A stretch of 64,000 bases of DNA from Paracoccaceae bacterium (lineage in GTDB: Bacteria > Pseudomonadota > Alphaproteobacteria > Rhodobacterales > Rhodobacteraceae): assembly GCA_019911965.1 (NCBI GenBank), contig JAIOJF010000025.1:41720-105719 (forward strand), read 5' to 3'. The notes below the pieces were generated by a model. The model was not told the DNA's origin and did no database searches. It worked only from the letters and a program-made list of their open reading frames with translations. Below, piece after piece: positions 31,007-41,615 of this stretch. The position numbers were made by a program, and so were the translations under genes. Positions within the stretch are counted from its first letter, which is position 1; each line of letters starts with the position of its first letter.

Positions 31007-31660
31007 TCAGCCCGGCACCCGGTCCCCGAAAATCGCCGATCCCACCCGCACATGCGTCGCCCCAAGGGCAATCGCGCTGGCGAAATCGGCGCTCATCCCC
31101 ATTGACAGGCCGGTCAGGCCGTTGCGGGCGGCGATTTTCGCCAGCAGGGCGAAATGCAGGCTTGGTTCCTCGTCAACCGGGGGGATCACCATCAGTCCCT
31201 GAATTGGCAGGTCGAGCTTCCGGCATTCGGCGATGAACGCATCCGCGTCGCCCGGCAGCACCCCGGCTTTTTGCGGCTCGGCACCGGTATTGACCTGAAT
31301 GAACAGATCGGGGCAGGTGCCGCGCGCCTGGGCCTCGTCAGCGAATTTGCGGGCCAGCTTGGCGCGATCCAGCGAATGCACCGCCTCGAACAGATCGAAG
31401 GCCTGTTTCACCTTGTTGGTCTGCAAGGGGCCGATCAGATGCACCGCGACACCGTCGAACCGGGCGCGGAAATCCGGCCATTTGCCGGCGGCCTCCTGCA
31501 CGCGGTTTTCGCCGAACAAACGGTGGCCTTCGCCCAGAACCGCCTCCACGCGCTCCAATGGCTGTACCTTAGACACCGCGATCAGGTGAACCGAGCCCGG
31601 TGCGCGTCCGGCATCGGCTTCGGCCTTGGTGATTCGGGTTTGGATTTCTGCCAGCGACAT
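31007..31660 (-). CDS. yggS: YggS-family pyridoxal phosphate homeostasis protein
   Basis: LIAVSKVQP, HLIGPLQTNK and LSMGMSADF motifs. Confidence 0.9.
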   Translation of the reverse strand: MSLAEIQTRITKAEADAGRAPGSVHLIAVSKVQPLERVEAVLGEGHRLFGENRVQEAAGKWPDFRARFDGVAVHLIGPLQTNKVKQAFDLFEAVHSLDRAKLARKFADEAQARGTCPDLFIQVNTGAEPQKAGVLPGDADAFIAECRKLDLPIQGLMVIPPVDEEPSLHFALLAKIAARNGLTGLSMGMSADFASAIALGATHVRVGSAIFGDRVPG

Positions 31661-31724
31661 CTTTGACCTCGTCGTTTCTGCCTGTCTACGAAAGGCCGGG
31701 GCGACGGGGAAGCCCCAAACGGAA

Positions 31725-31748
31725 AAGAGCGGGCCGAAGCCCGCTCTT
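31725..31748 (-). terminator. intrinsic terminator of the porin gene
   Basis: On the minus strand AAGAGCGGGC-TTCG-GCCCGCTCTT followed by TTTCC, 25 nt after the porin stop. Confidence 0.6.
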
Positions 31749-31772
31749 CCCTAATCATCCGATCCGGTAGGA

Positions 31773-32738
31773 TCAGAAGCCGAGGGTCATGCCCGCGGTG
31801 ATCGTGGTCACGGCAGCAACGGCACCGAAGGCCGCAACGTTCGTCACAGCGACGATAGCGGTAGCACCGCCACCCAGGCTCTGCGAGTAGTTCAGGCCGT
31901 AGCGGTTGCGCGTGTCGGCAGCCATACCGTCGTCGGAGTCGTTCGCGAAGAACACGCCGATGCGGCCCGAGCCAACGCCCATGGCAGCTTTGACCAGCCA
32001 GGAGTTCCCGGCAGCAGCACCATTGTGCTGGATGTAGGACAGGCCAACAGTGGCCGAGCCCAGATCCATGGTCGCGTTCAGGTAGGTACCGCCAATGGAC
32101 GAGAAGCCAGAAGGCGTAGCCGCCACAATGACGCCACCGTCGTCATGACCGATGCCGATCGTTGCCGAACCCAGCGCGAAGCTGACGGCGACTTCGTTGT
32201 TCGCAACACCAACCGCAGCGGACTGGTTACGCGACACGGAGATCGTTGCCGAACCCAGCGAGAAGTCCAGACGGACAACGTTCGGGCCAGCACCGCCGGA
32301 CGAGTAGCCCGGGAAGGTGTTCGCGCGACCGATCACGTTGGCGCAATACTCGAGGTAGGAAGTGTCGGCCGAGAAGCCGCAGCCGCCCACACCGTAGACA
32401 CCGGCAGTGTTACCAACGGCGCCCGAAGTGTTACCAACGGTCAGCGTCATCGTGCCATTCGAGATCCAGACGTTGGAGCCGTTCATGACACCGGTCGCGC
32501 CCAGGAATGCACCCTGGCCCGACTGGAAGCGGGTGAACGCGCCGAAGGTCAGGCCGCCATCGGTTTCGCCCGAAGCCGAAACGTTGATGCGCATACGGTT
32601 GAAGGTGGTCGTGGTGGTCACACCAGCGGAAGTGACGTGGGAGATACCGAGACGGGCGGTAACGCCAACATTAACTTCGGCAACTGCGGCGCCAGCCAGC
32701 AGCGTCAGAGCCGAGGTCGTGAGAAGAATCTTTTTCAT
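31773..32738 (-). CDS. outer membrane porin (Rhodobacter-type general porin)
   Basis: Signal peptide MKKILLTTSALTLLAGAAVA, Gly/Ala/Thr-rich alternating beta-strand pattern, C-terminal GMTLGF. Confidence 0.8.
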   Translation of the reverse strand: MKKILLTTSALTLLAGAAVAEVNVGVTARLGISHVTSAGVTTTTTFNRMRINVSASGETDGGLTFGAFTRFQSGQGAFLGATGVMNGSNVWISNGTMTLTVGNTSGAVGNTAGVYGVGGCGFSADTSYLEYCANVIGRANTFPGYSSGGAGPNVVRLDFSLGSATISVSRNQSAAVGVANNEVAVSFALGSATIGIGHDDGGVIVAATPSGFSSIGGTYLNATMDLGSATVGLSYIQHNGAAAGNSWLVKAAMGVGSGRIGVFFANDSDDGMAADTRNRYGLNYSQSLGGGATAIVAVTNVAAFGAVAAVTTITAGMTLGF

Positions 32739-32997
32739 TGTTTTCCCTCGTTAAAGTTAAAGGTGCACCTCAATTCAGGGAATCCAAATTGAGTGCGATG
32801 ATCAATCACAGGTCCGGGTGTTTTGGTCAAGGAAGTGTCAGGGGCGAAAAGTCAAAGTCCGCGTTTATGGTGCATGGAAGACACAGTGAGGTTTTGCAAC
32901 GCTGTCCGACAGCTTCCTTTATGGGGCTTGTCGGATTCCACGCAAGCCGATACACCTTTGGCAATCAAGGTTTTCCGGCACGGCGGAGGGACGGCAC

Positions 32998-33483
32998 TTG
33001 TCCAGATTCGTAAGTTTGATTCTCAGTGGTCTGCTGATTGTATCGCTGACAGCCTGCGGCAACAGCGGCCTGTTCCGCAATCGCACCGGCAAGGCGGTCG
33101 AAGTCGATAACCGTGCGCCGGACGACAAGGCAACGGATGCCGGCTCGTTTTTCGATCTTTTCACCGGCAAGGACGACCCGAATGTAACGATCGGCGTCAA
33201 CAAGTATCTGTGGAACGCCGCGCTGGATGTGCTGAACTTCCTGCCGGTCGAGGCTGCGGATCCGTTTTCCGGTGTGATCGTAATGGGTTGGGGCACGCCT
33301 CCGGGGTCCGGCCGGTCCTATCGCGCGACCGTTTACATCCAGGATCCGGCGCTGGACGCACGCTCGCTCAAGCTGGCGCTGGTTTCGCGTTCGGGGGCTG
33401 CGCCCAAGGATACGGTGCGCGCGCTTGAAGATGCGATCCTGACCCGCGCCCGCCAGTTGCGCATCGCGGACAGCAAGCTCTAG
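32998..33483 (+). CDS. DUF3576-like lipoprotein
   Basis: Lipobox LIVSLTAC-G. TTG start with GGAGGGA upstream. The position upstream of leuS is recalled from related genomes. Confidence 0.6.
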   Translation: MSRFVSLILSGLLIVSLTACGNSGLFRNRTGKAVEVDNRAPDDKATDAGSFFDLFTGKDDPNVTIGVNKYLWNAALDVLNFLPVEAADPFSGVIVMGWGTPPGSGRSYRATVYIQDPALDARSLKLALVSRSGAAPKDTVRALEDAILTRARQLRIADSKL

Positions 33484-33567
33484 ACCTTCCCCCCGGTTAC
33501 GACTTAAAACCTCCCGGAACCCGGCCAAACCGGGTGCCCGGCGCAGGTTATTGGCAAGGATTAGGTG

Positions 33568-36120
33568 ATGTCGCGTTACAACGCCCGTGTGGTCGAACCG
33601 AAGTGGCAACAGGCCTGGGACGCGGCGGAAGTCTTCCGCGCCAGGCGCGATCCGGCGCGTGCCAAATACTATGTCCTTGAAATGTTTCCCTACCCTTCGG
33701 GGCGCATTCACATGGGTCATGTGCGCAACTATACGATGGGAGACGTGGTCGCGCGTTACAAATCTGCAACAGATTTCAACGTGCTGCATCCGATGGGCTG
33801 GGATGCCTTCGGAATGCCCGCCGAAAACGCCGCGATGGAGAAAGGCGTGCATCCCGGCGACTGGACCTACAAGAACATCGCCGACATGCGAACGCAGTTG
33901 AAGCCGATGGGCCTGTCGATCGACTGGAGCCGCGAACTGGCGACCTGCGATCCGGAATATTACGGCCAGCAGCAGGCGATGTTCATCGACATGATGGACA
34001 AGGGCCTGGTCTATCGCAAGAACGCCGTGGTCAACTGGGACCCGGTGGATATGACGGTTCTGGCCAATGAACAGGTGATCGACGGCAAGGGCTGGCGCTC
34101 GGGTGCACCCGTGGAGCGCAAGGAACTGACGCAATGGTTCTTCCGCATCTCGGATTTCTCGGGCGAATTGCTGGAGGCGATTGACGGGCTGGAGCATTGG
34201 CCGGAAAAGGTCCGCCTGATGCAGCAGAACTGGATCGGCAAGTCGCGCGGCCTGCAAATGCGATTCGCGCTGGCAGCCCCTGCCGGCGATGTTGACGGGA
34301 TCGACGTTTACACCACCCGGCCCGATACGCTGATGGGTGCGAACTTCATCGGCATTTCGCCCGATCACCCGCTGGCAAAGGCTTTGGAGGCCGGCAATCC
34401 CGACCTCGCCGCCTTCAACGCCGATTGCCGCCGCATGGGCACCTCCGAGGCCGATCTGGAAACCGCCGAGAAAAAGGGCTTCGATACCGGCCTGAAGGTG
34501 AAGCATCCCCTGGATGACAATTGGGAATTGCCGGTCTGGGTGGCGAATTTCATCCTGATGGATTACGGCACCGGCGCGATTTTCGGCTGCCCGGCGCATG
34601 ACCAGCGCGATCTGGATTTCAGCCGCAAATATGGCCTGCCGGTGATCGACACCTTCTTTGCGCTGGATAACCCGGTGCCGGTTGCCGATGAGGCCTTCGT
34701 GCCGCCGAAAACCGAACCGGTGCAATGGGTCAATCACTTTGCCGGGCTGGACCGCTCCACCGGGCAGGAGGCCATCGACGCGACGATTCATTATGCCGAA
34801 CAGCATGGTTGGGGCAAAGGCGTCACCAATTACCGCCTACGCGACTGGGGCGTCAGCCGCCAGCGTTACTGGGGCTGTCCGATTCCCGTGGTGCATTGCG
34901 ACGATTGCGGCGTGGTGGCCGAGAAAAAGGCGAACCTGCCGGTGGAACTGCCCAGGGATGTCACCTTCGACAAACCCGGCAATCCGCTGGACCGTCACCC
35001 GACCTGGCGCGATGCCCCTTGCCCGAAATGCGGCAAGCCGGCCCGGCGCGAGACCGACACGATGGATACCTTCGTTGATTCGTCCTGGTACTACGCGCGT
35101 TTCACCGCGCCGCGTGCCGAAACGCCGACGGTGCTGGCGGATGCGGAATACTGGATGAATGTCGATCAGTATATCGGCGGCATCGAACACGCGATCCTGC
35201 ACCTGTTGTATTCGCGGTTCTTCGCGCGCGCGATGAACCTGACCGGGCATCTGCCGAAAAGCGCGATCGAGCCGTTCAATGCCCTGTTCACCCAAGGCAT
35301 GGTGACGCATGAAACCTATGCCACGCGCGGCAAGGATGGCCGCCCGGTCTGGCGCACGCCCGACGAGGTGGAGCGTACCGAAGCCGGGGCTACCCTGCGC
35401 GCCAGTGGCGAGGCGGTGGAGATCGGCCCGATCATCAAGATGTCGAAGTCGAAAAAGAACGTCGTCGATCCCGAGGACATCATAGATCAATACGGTGCCG
35501 ATACCGCGCGCTGGTTCGTGATGTCCGATTCGCCCCCCGAACGCGACGTGGAATGGACCGCCGCCGGGGCCGAGGCCGCATGGCGGCACCTGCAACGGGT
35601 CTGGCGGATGACCGAGGAGATCGCGGATGCCGGCGACGGCGCGCCTGATTCCGATCTGGAACGCGCCACGGCACGGGCGATTGACGAGGTGACCAAGGGG
35701 ATCGAGGGCTTTGCCTTCAACAAATCGGTCGCCAAGCTCTATGAATTCACAAATATCGTGCAGAAATCCCCCGCCGATGCCGGTGCGAAACGCGCCGCGA
35801 TGCGGGTGATGGCGCAACTGATGCAACCGATGACGCCGCATCTGGCGGAAGAAGTCTGGGCAACCCTGGGCGGTGACGGGCTGGTGGCACAGGCGCCCTG
35901 GCCGGTGGCCGATCCTGCGCTTCTGGTTGACGATACCGTCACCCTGCCGATCCAGGTCAACGGCAAGCGGCGCAGCGAAATCACCGTTCCCAGGGACATG
36001 CCGAAGGAAGAGGTTGAAAAACTGGTGCTGGCCAACGATGCTGTGATCAGGTTCTGCGACGGGAAACCGCCGAAGAAACTGATCGTTGTCCCGGGCCGGA
36101 TCGTCAATGTCGTTGTCTGA
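33568..36120 (+). CDS. leuS: leucine--tRNA ligase
   Basis: [15 protein letters not shown] (HIGH) and KMSKSKKN (KMSKS). About 850 aa. Confidence 0.97.
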   Translation: MSRYNARVVEPKWQQAWDAAEVFRARRDPARAKYYVLEMFPYPSGRIHMGHVRNYTMGDVVARYKSATDFNVLHPMGWDAFGMPAENAAMEKGVHPGDWTYKNIADMRTQLKPMGLSIDWSRELATCDPEYYGQQQAMFIDMMDKGLVYRKNAVVNWDPVDMTVLANEQVIDGKGWRSGAPVERKELTQWFFRISDFSGELLEAIDGLEHWPEKVRLMQQNWIGKSRGLQMRFALAAPAGDVDGIDVYTTRPDTLMGANFIGISPDHPLAKALEAGNPDLAAFNADCRRMGTSEADLETAEKKGFDTGLKVKHPLDDNWELPVWVANFILMDYGTGAIFGCPAHDQRDLDFSRKYGLPVIDTFFALDNPVPVADEAFVPPKTEPVQWVNHFAGLDRSTGQEAIDATIHYAEQHGWGKGVTNYRLRDWGVSRQRYWGCPIPVVHCDDCGVVAEKKANLPVELPRDVTFDKPGNPLDRHPTWRDAPCPKCGKPARRETDTMDTFVDSSWYYARFTAPRAETPTVLADAEYWMNVDQYIGGIEHAILHLLYSRFFARAMNLTGHLPKSAIEPFNALFTQGMVTHETYATRGKDGRPVWRTPDEVERTEAGATLRASGEAVEIGPIIKMSKSKKNVVDPEDIIDQYGADTARWFVMSDSPPERDVEWTAAGAEAAWRHLQRVWRMTEEIADAGDGAPDSDLERATARAIDEVTKGIEGFAFNKSVAKLYEFTNIVQKSPADAGAKRAAMRVMAQLMQPMTPHLAEEVWATLGGDGLVAQAPWPVADPALLVDDTVTLPIQVNGKRRSEITVPRDMPKEEVEKLVLANDAVIRFCDGKPPKKLIVVPGRIVNVVV

Positions 36121-36604
36121 CCGCCGCACCTTTGTGCTGACCCTTGCCGCGCTGCCGCTGGCCGCCTGCGGCTTCAAACCGCTTTATTCCGAGGGCGGTG
36201 CGGCGCGGGCGCTGCATGGCGATATCCGATTCGATCTGATCGAAAGCCCCGAAGGCTTTCAATTGCTGGAATCGCTGGAATCCCGACTGGGCCGTCCGGG
36301 TGCCAATCCGCGCTATGCCGGGGCGATCACGCTGGCGATCACGGCGGAGCAACTGATCCTGACCGCCGCAACCTCGCTGTCGCGCATCACGCTGAAGGCC
36401 GATGCCAGCGTCACGGTGACCGAGGCGGCGACCGGCCATCAGATGTTTGCCGAATCATTCCGCGAGACCATCGGCTATACCAGCAATACCGAAACGCTGG
36501 TCACCAACACCGCCGAACGCGATGCCCGCGCCAAGCTGATGCAGGCGCTGGCCGAGCAGATCACCCGCCGGCTGGCAGCAAGCGCCGGGGACTGGCCGGA
36601 ATGA
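36107..36604 (+). CDS. lptE: LPS-assembly lipoprotein LptE
   Basis: Lipobox LPLAAC-G. The leuS-lptE-holA order is conserved in Proteobacteria. Overlaps the leuS end. Confidence 0.7.
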   Translation: MSLSDRRTFVLTLAALPLAACGFKPLYSEGGAARALHGDIRFDLIESPEGFQLLESLESRLGRPGANPRYAGAITLAITAEQLILTAATSLSRITLKADASVTVTEAATGHQMFAESFRETIGYTSNTETLVTNTAERDARAKLMQALAEQITRRLAASAGDWPE

Positions 36605-37623
36605 AACTTTCGGCGCGCGATGCCGCTGGCTATTTCGCGCGGCCCGATCCAAGCCGCGCCGGCCTCCTGATCTATGGCCCCGAGGCGATGCGCGTCGCGC
36701 TCCGCCGCCAGCAGGTGCTGAAGGCGCTGCTGGGCGAAGACGCGGCCCAGGAGATGCGGCTGACGCGGATGGCGGGCAGCGATCTCAGGCGCAATCCGGG
36801 CGAACTGGCGGATGCCATCAAGGCGCAGGGCTTTTTTCCCGGCCAGCGTGCGGTCTTTGTCGAAGACGCAGGCGACGCTGCCACCGCCGCGATCACCACC
36901 GCGCTGGCGGAATGGCAGGACGGCGATGCGGTGATCGTGGTCACGGCGGGCCAGCTTGCGGCGCGATCCTCGCTTCGCAAACTGTTCGAATCACATGCCA
37001 ATGCCTATGCGGCGGCGGTTTATGCCGAGCCGCCCAGCCGCGCGGAAATCGAGGCGACACTGGCGCAAGCCGGTATCACCGTAGTCGGGGCCGCCGCGAT
37101 GACCGATCTGGTGGACCTTTCGCGGGTGATTGATCCCGGCGATTTCACCCAGACGATGGAAAAGCTGGCGATCTACAAATACCGCGACCCGACGCCGATC
37201 AGCAGCCAGGACGTGGCCCTATGCGCCCCCGCCACCACCGAGGCCGGGCTGGACGACGCCATCCATGTCATCGCCGAAGGCCGCCAGGCCGAGGTCGGGC
37301 CGCTGATGCGCAAGCTGGAAGGCCAGGGCATCGCCGCCACCACCATCTGCATCGCCGCCACAAGGCATTTCCGCGCCCTGCACATGGCCGCCAGCCATCC
37401 CAAAGGCCCCGAGGCCGGATTGTCGGCGACCCGCCCGCCGGTCTTCGGGCCGCGCCGCGACCGGATGGTGCGGCAGGCGCGGGCAATCGGGATGCACAAG
37501 CTGGAAACCGTGATGGCGATCCTGATCGACACCGATCTCGGGCTGCGCTCATCACAGGAGGTTCCGGCGCGGGCCTTTCTGGAACGCGCCTTCATCCGTA
37601 TCGCCATGCTGGCAAAGACCTGA
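36601..37623 (+). CDS. holA: DNA polymerase III subunit delta
   Basis: Position after lptE, 340 aa, and an LLIYGPE N-terminal motif. Confidence 0.85.
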   Translation: MKLSARDAAGYFARPDPSRAGLLIYGPEAMRVALRRQQVLKALLGEDAAQEMRLTRMAGSDLRRNPGELADAIKAQGFFPGQRAVFVEDAGDAATAAITTALAEWQDGDAVIVVTAGQLAARSSLRKLFESHANAYAAAVYAEPPSRAEIEATLAQAGITVVGAAAMTDLVDLSRVIDPGDFTQTMEKLAIYKYRDPTPISSQDVALCAPATTEAGLDDAIHVIAEGRQAEVGPLMRKLEGQGIAATTICIAATRHFRALHMAASHPKGPEAGLSATRPPVFGPRRDRMVRQARAIGMHKLETVMAILIDTDLGLRSSQEVPARAFLERAFIRIAMLAKT

Positions 37624-37641
37624 TCTGAAAGGGAAATCATC

Positions 37642-38229
37642 ATGTACAAACTGATCGGCAGCAAGAAAAGCCGGGCGTTCCGGGTGCTTTGGGCGCTGGA
37701 GGAACTGGAACTGGAGTATGAGTTTTCGCCGGTCCTGCCGCGCTCGGACGAGATCAGGGCGGTAAACCCGTCCGGCAAGGTGCCGGCGCTGCTGGTCGAT
37801 GGCGAGGTGCTGCTGGATTCGGTGGCGATCATCCAGTTTCTGGCCGACAAGCACGGCAAGCTGACCTATCCCGCCGGCACGATCGAACGCGCCAAGCAGG
37901 ATGGGTTCACGCAATTCATCAATGACGAGATGGATGGCTGTCTGTGGACGGCGGCGCGCAACACCTTCATCCTGCCCGAAGACAAGCGCATTCCGCAGAT
38001 CAAGACGGCTTTGCGCTGGGAATTCGGCCGCTCGATGGATGTGCTGGCGGAACGGCTGGGCGACCGGGAATGGCTGATGGGCGATACCTTCACCATTGCC
38101 GATATCGTGGCGGCGCATTGCGGAACCTGGGCCAGGGGCGCGAATTTCGAGATCAGCCAGCCGAACGTCAACGCCTATATCGACCGCGCCGTCGCCCGCC
38201 CGGCCTGGAAACGCGCCACCGACGCCTGA
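37642..38229 (+). CDS. glutathione S-transferase
   Basis: NPSGKVPALLVDGEVLLDSVAIIQFL (thioredoxin-like N-domain) and a helical C-domain. Confidence 0.85.
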   Translation: MYKLIGSKKSRAFRVLWALEELELEYEFSPVLPRSDEIRAVNPSGKVPALLVDGEVLLDSVAIIQFLADKHGKLTYPAGTIERAKQDGFTQFINDEMDGCLWTAARNTFILPEDKRIPQIKTALRWEFGRSMDVLAERLGDREWLMGDTFTIADIVAAHCGTWARGANFEISQPNVNAYIDRAVARPAWKRATDA

Positions 38230-38428
38230 GATTCGCAGCCCCCGGCATCGCGGATCTGGGTGGGGGCTGATAACCGCAACACCGGGGTGAGCCTTCGCTC
38301 GCTACCGGCCGGGATATGACCCGGATTCGGGGCGGAAAAAGGGTTGGCCGGGGCTGATTTCGCGGCACTCACGCGGCGGTTTCAGGACAGGCTTGATTTT
38401 GGCGGGATTTCAGGGCCAGAGTAGGGCC

Positions 38429-38776
38429 ATGAATGTTGAAAACGCTTCCGCCCTGTTCCGCGATCCATCGGTTCCGCAACAGGTCGGCTTTCATCGCAGC
38501 GAACTTAACCTCATCATGCCGCTTTACGGGCGCATGGTCGCGGCTGGCGAATGGCGCGATTACGGCATTTCCAGCCTGCGCGAGGTGGCGGTATTCTCGA
38601 TCTTCCGGCGCACGGCGGAAAACCCGCTCTACCGGATCGAAAAACGCCCGAAACTTAGCAGCAGGCAGGGGCAATATGCGGTGATCGGCATTGCCGGGCA
38701 GGTTCTGAAACGCGGCAACGACCTGAAGGCGGTGCTGCGCGTGCTGGAACGAAAGCTGATCCGCGCCATCGACTGA
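38429..38776 (+). CDS. DUF2794-like small conserved protein
   Basis: 115 aa. FHRSELNLIMPLYGRMVAAGEWRDY recalls DUF2794. No function is known. Confidence 0.55.
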   Translation: MNVENASALFRDPSVPQQVGFHRSELNLIMPLYGRMVAAGEWRDYGISSLREVAVFSIFRRTAENPLYRIEKRPKLSSRQGQYAVIGIAGQVLKRGNDLKAVLRVLERKLIRAID

Positions 38777-38783
38777 ACGGCGC

Positions 38784-39638
38784 TCAGATCCGACGGCGCA
38801 TCACCACGTCGCCGCCGCCGCTTGCAGCGATTCGCGCCGTCGCCTCGGCCAGGGGTTCGATCACCACCGCCATGTGATGCGCATTGGCGTGAATCAGGGT
38901 CCGGGCATCGCGCATCATCCCGACATGGCCCTGCCAGAACACCAGGTCGCCGCGCTTTGGCGGTTTGGTATCGGCCAGTACATTGCCAAGCATGGCCGCC
39001 TGCTGGTCGGAATCCCCGGGGCATTCGATGCCGCAGGCCAGAAGTGCGGTCTGGATCAGGCCGGAGCAATCCAGCCCGAAGGCGGAATTGCCGCCCCAGA
39101 GATAGGGCGTGCCCAGTAAGCGTTCGGCCACCGCAACCGCGTCGGGCTCCACCTTGCCCACCGGGGCCAGATGCTGCATCGGCACGTAAAGCGCGCGCGG
39201 ATTGGACACGCGCGACCAGATCACCCGCGCCCAGCCCTCGGCCTGATCGGCCATTGCAAGGCGCGCGCCGAACGGCAGCGGCGTGACCGCGCCCATCGCC
39301 TTCAGCCCGGGTGTGGATTTCGCGTATGACCGCGCCGCCGCCACCCTGTGCGTCGTTGCATCGGGCGGTGCGATCAGATCGGCGGCATGCAGCCAGCCGA
39401 CATAGCCGTCGCGTTCGGCAAAGCCGAAGGCCCAGCCATCGCGGATTTCTAGGGCGCGAAAGCCTTCGCCGCGCACCAGCTGGCGGTCGCGCGGGCCGTT
39501 GATATCGCGGCAGAGATCGGCAACGATCGTGCCGATATGGCGCATTTCGCCCGCGACATAGCGATCTGCCGCAACCAGGCCTTTCAGCGAGACATGCGCC
39601 ACATCGCCATTGGCCGGGGTTTGGCGGCGGTCGGTCAT
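38784..39638 (-). CDS. NlpC/P60 (C40) peptidase with N-terminal SH3-like region, no signal peptide
   Basis: YLWGGNSAFGLDCSGL catalytic Cys and GHVGMM...IHAN His region. ATGA overlap with the upstream aminopeptidase stop. Confidence 0.8.
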   Translation of the reverse strand: MTDRRQTPANGDVAHVSLKGLVAADRYVAGEMRHIGTIVADLCRDINGPRDRQLVRGEGFRALEIRDGWAFGFAERDGYVGWLHAADLIAPPDATTHRVAAARSYAKSTPGLKAMGAVTPLPFGARLAMADQAEGWARVIWSRVSNPRALYVPMQHLAPVGKVEPDAVAVAERLLGTPYLWGGNSAFGLDCSGLIQTALLACGIECPGDSDQQAAMLGNVLADTKPPKRGDLVFWQGHVGMMRDARTLIHANAHHMAVVIEPLAEATARIAASGGGDVVMRRRI

Positions 39639-41023
39639 TCGGACAGTTTCCGCTCCAGCATTTCCAGTATCGCGCGCGCGCCCAGGAACGCCGCCCCCTT
39701 GGGCCGTCCCGGTGCCTTGGTCGGGTTCCAGCCGAAGATATCGAAATGCGCGAAACTGGCGGCGCGTTCGACGAACCGCCGCAGGAACAGGGCGGCGGTC
39801 AGCGATCCGGCCATGCCTCCGGGTGGTGCATTGTCCAGATCGGCGATATCGGGTTCGATCAACGCTTCGTACGGGTCCCAGAACGGCATCCGCCACAGCG
39901 GATCGCGCACCTTGCGGCCGGACCGCGCCAGCGCGTGGGCCAGCCCGTCATCATCGGTGAAGAACGGCGCCAGATCGGGGCCCAGCGCCACCCGCGCGGC
40001 CCCGGTCAGGGTGGCCATGCAGACCAGATAATCGGGCGCGTCCTCGTCCGCCAGATCCAGCGCGTCGGCCAGCACCAGGCGGCCCTCGGCATCGGTATTG
40101 TTGATCTCGACGCTCAGCCCCTTGCGCGAGGTCAGCACATCGCCGGGCCGGATCGCGCTGGCGGAAACCGAGTTTTCCACCGCCGGCACCAGCACCCGCA
40201 ACCGAACGGGCAGGTTCAGCGCCATGATGATCCGCGCCAGCCCCATCACCGTGGCCGCGCCGCCCATATCCTTTTTCATCAGCGCCATCGACGATCCGGG
40301 CTTCAGGTTCAACCCGCCGGTATCGAAACAGACGCCCTTGCCGACCAGCGTCACCTTCAGATGATCGGGATCGCCCCAGTTCAGGTCCAGCAGGCGCGGC
40401 TCCTGCCCTGCCGCGCGGCCCACCGCGTGGATCATCGGAAAATTGCGCGCCAGCAGGTCGAAGCCGACAATGGCCGAGGTATCCGCGCCAAACCCGGCCC
40501 CCAGATCGTGAAACGCCTCTTCCAGCGCCTCGGGGCCCATGTCGCTGGCGGGGGTGTTGATCAGATCGCGGGTCAGAAACTCGCCCGCCGCGATAGCCTC
40601 CAGCCGGGCGGCATCCACCCCGTCAGGGGCGATCAGTTGCGCGTCGCGTAGGCTGGCTTCCTTGTATCGGTCGAACCGGTATCCGGCCAGCAGCCAGCCA
40701 AGGGCGGCCTCGTCCAGTTCCGCAGGATCAAGGCCACCGGCAATCCGGTAGATGCCGGCGGGCAGCTTTTCCGCGGCGGCGGCGAAATGGAACCGCCCGC
40801 GCGAGCGCGCCTTGGCATCGCCCCAGCCGAACAGCACCGAGGACACCGCGCCGGTCTTGAACGGGATGGTCAGAACCTCGCCCAGTCTGGCGCGAAAGCC
40901 GTTGGCATTCACCCAGTCGCGGCTGCGCGGGTCGGCCTTGTCCAGCCAGGCCTCCAGCCGGTCCGAGGCCAGCACGTGAACAGGGGTCGCGGTCTGGTCC
41001 GGGGCGGCGAAACGCGGCGGCAT
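39635..41023 (-). CDS. M17 leucyl aminopeptidase family protein
   Basis: VGKGVCFDTGGLNLKP and NTDAEGRLVLADAL motifs. Confidence 0.88.
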   Translation of the reverse strand: MPPRFAAPDQTATPVHVLASDRLEAWLDKADPRSRDWVNANGFRARLGEVLTIPFKTGAVSSVLFGWGDAKARSRGRFHFAAAAEKLPAGIYRIAGGLDPAELDEAALGWLLAGYRFDRYKEASLRDAQLIAPDGVDAARLEAIAAGEFLTRDLINTPASDMGPEALEEAFHDLGAGFGADTSAIVGFDLLARNFPMIHAVGRAAGQEPRLLDLNWGDPDHLKVTLVGKGVCFDTGGLNLKPGSSMALMKKDMGGAATVMGLARIIMALNLPVRLRVLVPAVENSVSASAIRPGDVLTSRKGLSVEINNTDAEGRLVLADALDLADEDAPDYLVCMATLTGAARVALGPDLAPFFTDDDGLAHALARSGRKVRDPLWRMPFWDPYEALIEPDIADLDNAPPGGMAGSLTAALFLRRFVERAASFAHFDIFGWNPTKAPGRPKGAAFLGARAILEMLERKLSE

Positions 41024-41093
41024 GAGTAGTCTCCGGGGCTGGAATGCAGTCTGGCCCGAGATTAGTGCAATCCGCCCCGGTTACAAGCGGCCT

Positions 41094-41486
41094 TCAGCCA
41101 TCCATGCCGGCGGACCGGATCACCGCATCGAGCGAGGCATCGCCCAGTCGCATCAGCCGCCCGACAATGGCATGCAGCGCTACCGCATTGCCGCGCTCCG
41201 CCATCGCCAGCGCATCGTCGGCAACGCGGGCCAGTTGCAGCAGGCCAAGCTGTTCGCCGACAGATCGCAAATGCCGCAGGGCGCGGCGAAGCTGGCCGGT
41301 ATCGCCTAGGCACAACGCATGTTCAGCCGTGGTCAGCGTACCGGCGATTTCGTCGGCGGCACGGCCGATCACCTCGTTCGAGGCGGCAGGCCCCAGATTC
41401 GCGCGGATCAGTTCGATCGCGTCGCGGTGAATATAAATGTTCTCGGCCATGTGCAGCCGTACCACCCGTTCCATAACCACCTTCAT
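41094..41486 (-). CDS. hypothetical protein, possible stand-alone Hpt (histidine phosphotransfer) domain
   Basis: LRRALRHLRSVGEQLGLLQLARVADDALAMAERGN fits the Hpt pattern aHxLKGxxxxlGxxxLaxxaxxlE only loosely. The start could instead be the ATG at 41450. Confidence 0.4.
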   Translation of the reverse strand: MKVVMERVVRLHMAENIYIHRDAIELIRANLGPAASNEVIGRAADEIAGTLTTAEHALCLGDTGQLRRALRHLRSVGEQLGLLQLARVADDALAMAERGNAVALHAIVGRLMRLGDASLDAVIRSAGMDG

Positions 41487-41615
41487 TCCGCTATGCCCGA
41501 CCCGACAGCCGTGATACGCGACAGAACTGAAAAGCCGGTTAGCGGCGATGGTTTTCTGGCTCGAAGTTTGCGGGTATTGTCGTTAAAGTCGAGCGGACAC
41601 AAGAAGGGCACCAGC

